In this document: in pieces, positions 58,740-64,000 of the stretch
Position numbering within the stretch: position 1 is the first letter of the stretch
Layout: each line of letters opens with the position of its first letter
The notes under the pieces: model-generated
The model's database searches: none
What the model was told of the DNA's origin: nothing
What the model saw: only the letters and a program-made list of their open reading frames with translations
Source: Cytophagales bacterium
GTDB taxonomy: Bacteria > Bacteroidota > Bacteroidia > Cytophagales > Cyclobacteriaceae
Reading direction: 5' to 3'
DNA: 64,000 nt
NCBI GenBank assembly: GCA_020402945.1
Contig: JADBYQ010000010.1
Location: forward strand, 631-64,630
Program-made: the position numbers and the translations under genes

Positions 58740-60539
58740 ATGGCTATCGTAACAAAAAAAGTTGATTTCACCCGTGTCTTTGAATTGATTCATTATCAAA
58801 AAGAAAAATACCCTAATCAAAAAGCTTTCAATTCATTTTCACAAGGTCAATGGAAAAGTCAATCCACCGAGGAAATTCAAAACCGAATGAATGCACTATC
58901 CTGCTGGTTTTTGGCAAATCAATTTAAAGCAGGAGAAAAAATTATTTTCGTTCCTGTCATTGGCAGTCCCGACTGGGTAATATTAGATTTTGCCTGCCAG
59001 CAAGTAGGTCTTATAGTAGTACCTATTCATCCCACATTAAACGAAAATGAATTTAATGCGATTGTTACCGAAACGGAAGCGCGACTGTGCATCACACTGG
59101 ATGAAGGTCTGTACTTTAAATTCTTCTCCTTCAAAGAAAAAATAAATGCTGGCCTTCAACTATTTCATCTGCAACCCGAAAAAGTAAATTTTTTTAAACC
59201 TATTCAAGAGTCTAAAACCAGTCACGACCTAATGACCGTTGTAACTTCCTTCCGAAACACCATCGGTGAAGACGATATTGTTACCCTACTTTACACATCG
59301 GGAAGCACTGGATTATCAAAGGGTGTAATGCTATCTCATCGGAACATTGTGCATAACATCAAAGCAGTTTTAACCATCCTTCCACTTGAGCCAGGAGATC
59401 GGGTGTTAAGCTTCCTGCCTTTCAGTCACATCTTTGAAAGAGCTTCCTGCTATGTATACATCGCTTTTGGCACTTCACTCTATTTCAGTCAAAGTAAAGA
59501 AAGTTTTGTAAACGACTTCAGAACGGTTCGTCCCATTTTCTGCAGTAGCGTTCCGCGCGTACTCGAAAAGATGTACGACTATATGGAAGAGCAAACATTG
59601 GGAAAAAATATTCTTAAAAAGAAACTCATCACGTGGGCTATGAATGTAGGCAAGCACTACGGTCCTGAAAAGAAGCTAAAACCTATATACCAGTTGGAGC
59701 TGATTATTGCACGTTTACTAATCTTGCGGCAATGGAGAAAACGTTTGGGCGGAAAAATAAAATACATGGCAGTAGGTGCTGCCTCTCTACGACCGGAAAT
59801 AGGAAGGCTCTTTTCTGCTGCCGGTATATATATCGTTGAAGGATATGGTATGACGGAGGCCGCTCCACTTATTTCTATGAACCGATTTGAGCCAGGCCTC
59901 AATCGATTTGGTACGGTTGGATTGGCATTACCAGGTATCGAAGTTAGAATTGACAACCCAAACGAAAACAACGAAGGAGAAATTCTCGTGAAAGGCCCCA
60001 ACGTAATGAAAGGCTATTATAAAAAACCAGAATTAACAGCTGAGACAATCACACCCGATGGCTGGTTTCATACAGGTGACATCGGTAAATTCGTTTATCA
60101 GCGCTTCCTAAAAATTACTGATCGAAAGAAGGACATTTTTAAAACTTCTTCAGGTAAATACGTTGCACCGCAACAACTTGAAAACCATTTAAAGCAATCG
60201 CTCTTTATTGAACGCAGTATTGTCATTGGATTTCAACGTCCTTACGTGACGGCATTAATTGTACCACAATTCGACATCGTAAGGTCCTGGTGCGAAGAGA
60301 ATGACATTCACTGGACGGCACCGCAATTTATGGTTCACAATATTAAAGTGCGTGCAAAATTTCAATTGGAGATCGACAAACTCAACGAAGAACTACCCCA
60401 CTACGAAACCATTAGAAATTTTGTTTTATGTCATCAGGATTGGAGTATCGAGAAAGGAGAAGTAACGCCCACCTGGAAACCCATCAGAAGTCAATTAGAG
60501 AAAAACTATCAAGTGGATATTGACAAGATGTACCAATAA
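58740..60539 (+). CDS. Long-chain fatty-acid--CoA ligase (AMP-dependent synthetase)
   Basis: YTSGSTGLSKG, GYGMTE, GWFHTGDIG and DRKKDIFKTSSGKYVAP. Confidence 0.93.
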   Translation: MAIVTKKVDFTRVFELIHYQKEKYPNQKAFNSFSQGQWKSQSTEEIQNRMNALSCWFLANQFKAGEKIIFVPVIGSPDWVILDFACQQVGLIVVPIHPTLNENEFNAIVTETEARLCITLDEGLYFKFFSFKEKINAGLQLFHLQPEKVNFFKPIQESKTSHDLMTVVTSFRNTIGEDDIVTLLYTSGSTGLSKGVMLSHRNIVHNIKAVLTILPLEPGDRVLSFLPFSHIFERASCYVYIAFGTSLYFSQSKESFVNDFRTVRPIFCSSVPRVLEKMYDYMEEQTLGKNILKKKLITWAMNVGKHYGPEKKLKPIYQLELIIARLLILRQWRKRLGGKIKYMAVGAASLRPEIGRLFSAAGIYIVEGYGMTEAAPLISMNRFEPGLNRFGTVGLALPGIEVRIDNPNENNEGEILVKGPNVMKGYYKKPELTAETITPDGWFHTGDIGKFVYQRFLKITDRKKDIFKTSSGKYVAPQQLENHLKQSLFIERSIVIGFQRPYVTALIVPQFDIVRSWCEENDIHWTAPQFMVHNIKVRAKFQLEIDKLNEELPHYETIRNFVLCHQDWSIEKGEVTPTWKPIRSQLEKNYQVDIDKMYQ

Positions 60540-60560
60540 TCTAGCAAAAGAAGCAAAACA

Positions 60561-63500
60561 CTAATTCTTTTTTTTACCTATTTGCATCTCTAGCTCAACA
60601 ATCGTTTTCTCATACTCCGATCTTTTCCGAGTAAAGTCCTCTTGAATAGATTGCATTTCTTCCAGATTTTGTTGTAACTCTTCTTCACGCACTTTCATTT
60701 CTTCCGCTTGTTGCTTAGCCTCAGTCAACAGCTGAGAAGTGTGCTGAGCCAGTTGGGTGGTATGAACAGTGGTTGTCAATTGGGAAGACAATAATTCAAT
60801 GAATTTGATCTTGTGTGCAGGGATCATTCTAAATGCAGCCAACTCGATTACTCCTACACATACGTCTTCATGCACCAATGGGACCAAGACAAGAACTTCT
60901 GGAGAAGCCTCGCCTAAACCGGAAGTTATCCGCTGATAGGAGGGCGGTAGATTCGGAATAATAACTGTTTTTCTGTCAGTGTAGCACGCCCCTACCTGGC
61001 CGGATTCCGAAGAAATGCGCATACGAGCATTTTCAAAACCATAATTGGCTCTCTTTACAAGTTCAGTGCTTGACTCCTCAAACAAATATATTGCACCAGC
61101 CATTACTTCACATCGCTTAACCAATGCAGAAATAATCCCTTGGCACAGCTTATCCACATTGTCTTTGCTACTACTCAAAATGGTACTTATCTGCAACATT
61201 GATTGATCAATCCATGCCTTTTCTATGTTTTTGTTCTGTTCAGCCAATACGGCTCTTCTCTCTAAATCTAACTCATTGTGAACTTTGTTAAGCTCTGCTT
61301 GTAGGGTCTGGCGAATCAGTTCTTTATCACGTTTGATGCTTTGGTTGCGGAGTCGAACGACTAAATAAACCACAAAAAGCGCCACCAGAAACACGAACAA
61401 ATAAAACCACCATGTTCGCCAAAACGGAGGAATGATTTTTACCTTTAACGAAATACCCTTCTCGTTCCAAACGCCATCATTGTTAGACCCTTTGATGTGC
61501 AGTATATAATTTCCTGGGCTTAAATTAGTGTACGATATACTTCTCTTATCTCCAATGTAGTTCCAATCTTTATCAAAGTTTTCTAAATAGTAAGCATATA
61601 AGTTTTTTTCGGTTGAGTTAAAATTGAGGGAGGCAAATTGAAAACTTATAACGTTTTGGTCATAATTCAATCTTAACTCGTTAATAAAATTGATATTTTG
61701 ATCTAACAAGGAATTGGGCTTCACACTCAGTGGCTTATTAAAAATCTCGACATCCGTAATCACAACTGGTGGCACAGTTGCATTGTCGGTAATTTCATTT
61801 GGGTTGAATACGTTAAGACCATTCACACCTCCAAACAACATGGTGCCATCTTTTGTCTTACAAGCAGCACCCCAATAAAATTCATTACCCTGCAAGCCTT
61901 CAGTTGCATCGTAGTTTCGAAACATGCGACTCGTTGGGTTAAACCGTGATAAACCATTGTTTGTACTAAGCCATAAGTTTCCCATATCATCTTGCTTGAT
62001 ACCGAAAATAGTATTGTTGGGTAATCCATTGTCTTCTGTAAAGGACGAGATGGATTGATCGTTCAGATTCAAACAATTCAGCCCACCGCCAAACGTACCG
62101 ATCCAAAGAAGTTTTTTATTTTTATCCAAACACAAAGAAATGACGTGTTCGCTGGACAAATAACTTGCCGCTGTGGTATCTGCTGTATAGTAATTGATTG
62201 CTTTGCGGTCAGCTGAGATTTGATTTAATCCAAACCAAGTACCGATCCATATGCTTCCATCGTCTGTTTCCACAAATGCCTGTCCTTGCACATTGCTTCC
62301 TTTTAAACTGATCGGGAATTGAGGCTGTTGAAATGGTTTCCATAATGCATTGCTTTCATCGAACTGACTTAGTCCATTTTCAGTTCCCACCCACAAAATA
62401 CCGGTCTTGTCACGATGAACAATTTGGATTCGATCATCGGGCAAAGAATTTAAATCCCCTTCATGTCGATAAGCAATACTTTTCTTTGTTATTGGATTAT
62501 AGTGAAACAGGCCCGCGCCCCAACTGCCAATCCAGAAAGTTCCGTCTTGATCCTCAAAAATATTGGATATCTCTTTGCCGCCCAGAGGAAATACAGTAAA
62601 GGTATTTGTGTTACGGTCTAACACATTTAATCCACCTCCCTGTGTGCCAACCCATAGTTTACCTTTCTTGTCTTCAAAGATCGAACGGATTAAATTATGA
62701 CTGATTGACCCCGCCAGAGCCGAATGCTGATAAAGTTGAAAACTCTTTTTAGAAAATAGTTTATTTACACCGCCACCCTCATGACCTACCCAAGTCGTTC
62801 CCGTGTTGTCTGTATAAAGAGCACGAACCGAGTTTGTTGAGAGGCTATACTTATCGGATGGGCTAAATTTTGAAGAGATTAGTTTTCCATCGTTCAAAAT
62901 GGTGATGCCTTCATTGCTACCTATCCACAGCCCTCGCGATGGCTCATGGTGCAACGCATAGATGGAGTTCAAAGATGATGTAGTATTCTTCGGTTCAAAT
63001 TTGGAATATTCTGCAGACTCTTCGCTAAATTGAAAGAGTCCAGCATTTTCTGTCCCAATCCAAATTTTTCCTGTACCATCTTGAAACAAAGCTCTAATGC
63101 CGCCTTCAGAAAGTGAGCGGGGCGACCCCGCTCCTGGGACAAAATTCCTAACAGAAAGGCTAGCTGTATCCACTCGATTGATGCCAGCTGAACTAAACCA
63201 GATGGATCCATTCTTATCTTCCAGAATAGCCAGAACAGGAACATATTTATTTTCAGCAATTCGAGTAAACTTGTTGGTATGAGGATCTAATCGATTAAGA
63301 CCATTTGACCAGGTTCCAGCCCAAACCATTCCTTTGGCATCAACATGTAATGACCATACTGCATTTCCGCTGATAGTTGTTTGATCCTCCGGTAAGTTGC
63401 GATAGTGGGTAAATTGCTCAGTACGAATATTGAACTTATCTAGACCACCACCCTGAGTAGCAATCCAGAGATTCCCTTTCTTGTCGATCTTTAAAGCTCT

Positions 63501-63794
63501 GACATTATTGTCACCCAACGAGTTTTTATCCTTTAATATGTTCTTATAAACGCGGGTTTCATAGCCGTCAAATCGAATCAAACCATCTTGCGTTCCAAAC
63601 CACAAAAAGCCAATACTATCTTGAACGATGGCTGAAATAGACCGGTTTTCGAGCCCCTTAACTTGGGCTAATCTATCGAACTGAATTTGATCTTGACCAA
63701 AAGCAATGTAGAGGTTGGTAACCATCAAAAGGCTGACCAGTTGCAGGGAGCATTTGATGTTAGAAATGAAGTAATCTTTTAGCATCCGTAACAA
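60561..63794 (-). CDS. Periplasmic propeller + Y_Y_Y sensor with TM, GAF and coiled coil; no visible catalytic output domain
   Basis: QDSIGFLWFGTQDGL blades, YTNLSPGNYILHIKGSNNDGVW, PPFWRTWWF TM, GAF (GQVGACY...LVPL...GVIELAA), C-terminal EEELQQNLEEM. Confidence 0.88.
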   Translation of the reverse strand: MLRMLKDYFISNIKCSLQLVSLLMVTNLYIAFGQDQIQFDRLAQVKGLENRSISAIVQDSIGFLWFGTQDGLIRFDGYETRVYKNILKDKNSLGDNNVRALKIDKKGNLWIATQGGGLDKFNIRTEQFTHYRNLPEDQTTISGNAVWSLHVDAKGMVWAGTWSNGLNRLDPHTNKFTRIAENKYVPVLAILEDKNGSIWFSSAGINRVDTASLSVRNFVPGAGSPRSLSEGGIRALFQDGTGKIWIGTENAGLFQFSEESAEYSKFEPKNTTSSLNSIYALHHEPSRGLWIGSNEGITILNDGKLISSKFSPSDKYSLSTNSVRALYTDNTGTTWVGHEGGGVNKLFSKKSFQLYQHSALAGSISHNLIRSIFEDKKGKLWVGTQGGGLNVLDRNTNTFTVFPLGGKEISNIFEDQDGTFWIGSWGAGLFHYNPITKKSIAYRHEGDLNSLPDDRIQIVHRDKTGILWVGTENGLSQFDESNALWKPFQQPQFPISLKGSNVQGQAFVETDDGSIWIGTWFGLNQISADRKAINYYTADTTAASYLSSEHVISLCLDKNKKLLWIGTFGGGLNCLNLNDQSISSFTEDNGLPNNTIFGIKQDDMGNLWLSTNNGLSRFNPTSRMFRNYDATEGLQGNEFYWGAACKTKDGTMLFGGVNGLNVFNPNEITDNATVPPVVITDVEIFNKPLSVKPNSLLDQNINFINELRLNYDQNVISFQFASLNFNSTEKNLYAYYLENFDKDWNYIGDKRSISYTNLSPGNYILHIKGSNNDGVWNEKGISLKVKIIPPFWRTWWFYLFVFLVALFVVYLVVRLRNQSIKRDKELIRQTLQAELNKVHNELDLERRAVLAEQNKNIEKAWIDQSMLQISTILSSSKDNVDKLCQGIISALVKRCEVMAGAIYLFEESSTELVKRANYGFENARMRISSESGQVGACYTDRKTVIIPNLPPSYQRITSGLGEASPEVLVLVPLVHEDVCVGVIELAAFRMIPAHKIKFIELLSSQLTTTVHTTQLAQHTSQLLTEAKQQAEEMKVREEELQQNLEEMQSIQEDFTRKRSEYEKTIVELEMQIGKKKN

Positions 63795-63906
63795 TTATAT
63801 CAAGCCAAGGCACAAACTATTTATAAGCAAAAAGCCGAAATATGAATATGCGTCAATAACTTTATAAATAAATTCCTTTAAGGAATCTCGTTTAATAAAG
63901 AAAGAT

Positions 63907-64000
63907 ATGAATAAAATATTCTCCGAAAAAGCACCAAAAGCGATTGGTCCTTACTCACATGCGATTCAATCGGGTAACTTAATTTTTTGTTCGGGTCAAA
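63907..64000 (+). CDS. RidA/YjgF family protein, 5' part; runs off the window edge
   Basis: Manual translation [31 protein letters not shown]. Confidence 0.9.
   Translation, partial: MNKIFSEKAPKAIGPYSHAIQSGNLIFCSGQ

Noticed and set aside
740-63282. Numerous 60-150 aa ORFs overlapping larger genes, mostly antisense
   Set aside because: Shadow ORFs of well-supported genes, with no recognisable motifs or independent expression signals.

Overview
A 64 kb chromosomal window from a Bacteroidota bacterium, most likely Cytophagales. The evidence is TAnnTTTG -7 promoter elements, exonuclease-fused DnaE followed by trxA, sdhCAB, and VPS10/BNR and propeller-Y_Y_Y-GAF proteins. It is mostly housekeeping: gatB, alaS, yebC, PDH E2, hslV, sdhCAB, dnaE, trxA, ppc, tRNA-Gln, prs, rplY, pth and msrA. 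The top accessory signal is a ~2.26 kb integrase-less toxin-antitoxin island (37404-39662), flanked by two synonymously diverged copies of the last 29 codons of dnaE, which suggests an element that inserts in dnaE and supplies a replacement 3' end. Other signals are a 174 bp foldback MITE-like element with 16 bp terminal inverted repeats and an 8 bp target-site duplication (12075-12248), a palindrome apparently inserted in frame inside alaS (LPAGQAG), a recently amplified beta-propeller repeat gene (1-1628), a Uma2-HEPN-MNT cassette between pdhC and hslV, three broken genes, and an unlisted 35 aa membrane ORF upstream of sdhC. No CRISPR array, rRNA, integrase or transposase gene was seen. All family assignments come from motif recognition by eye; no database searches were run.
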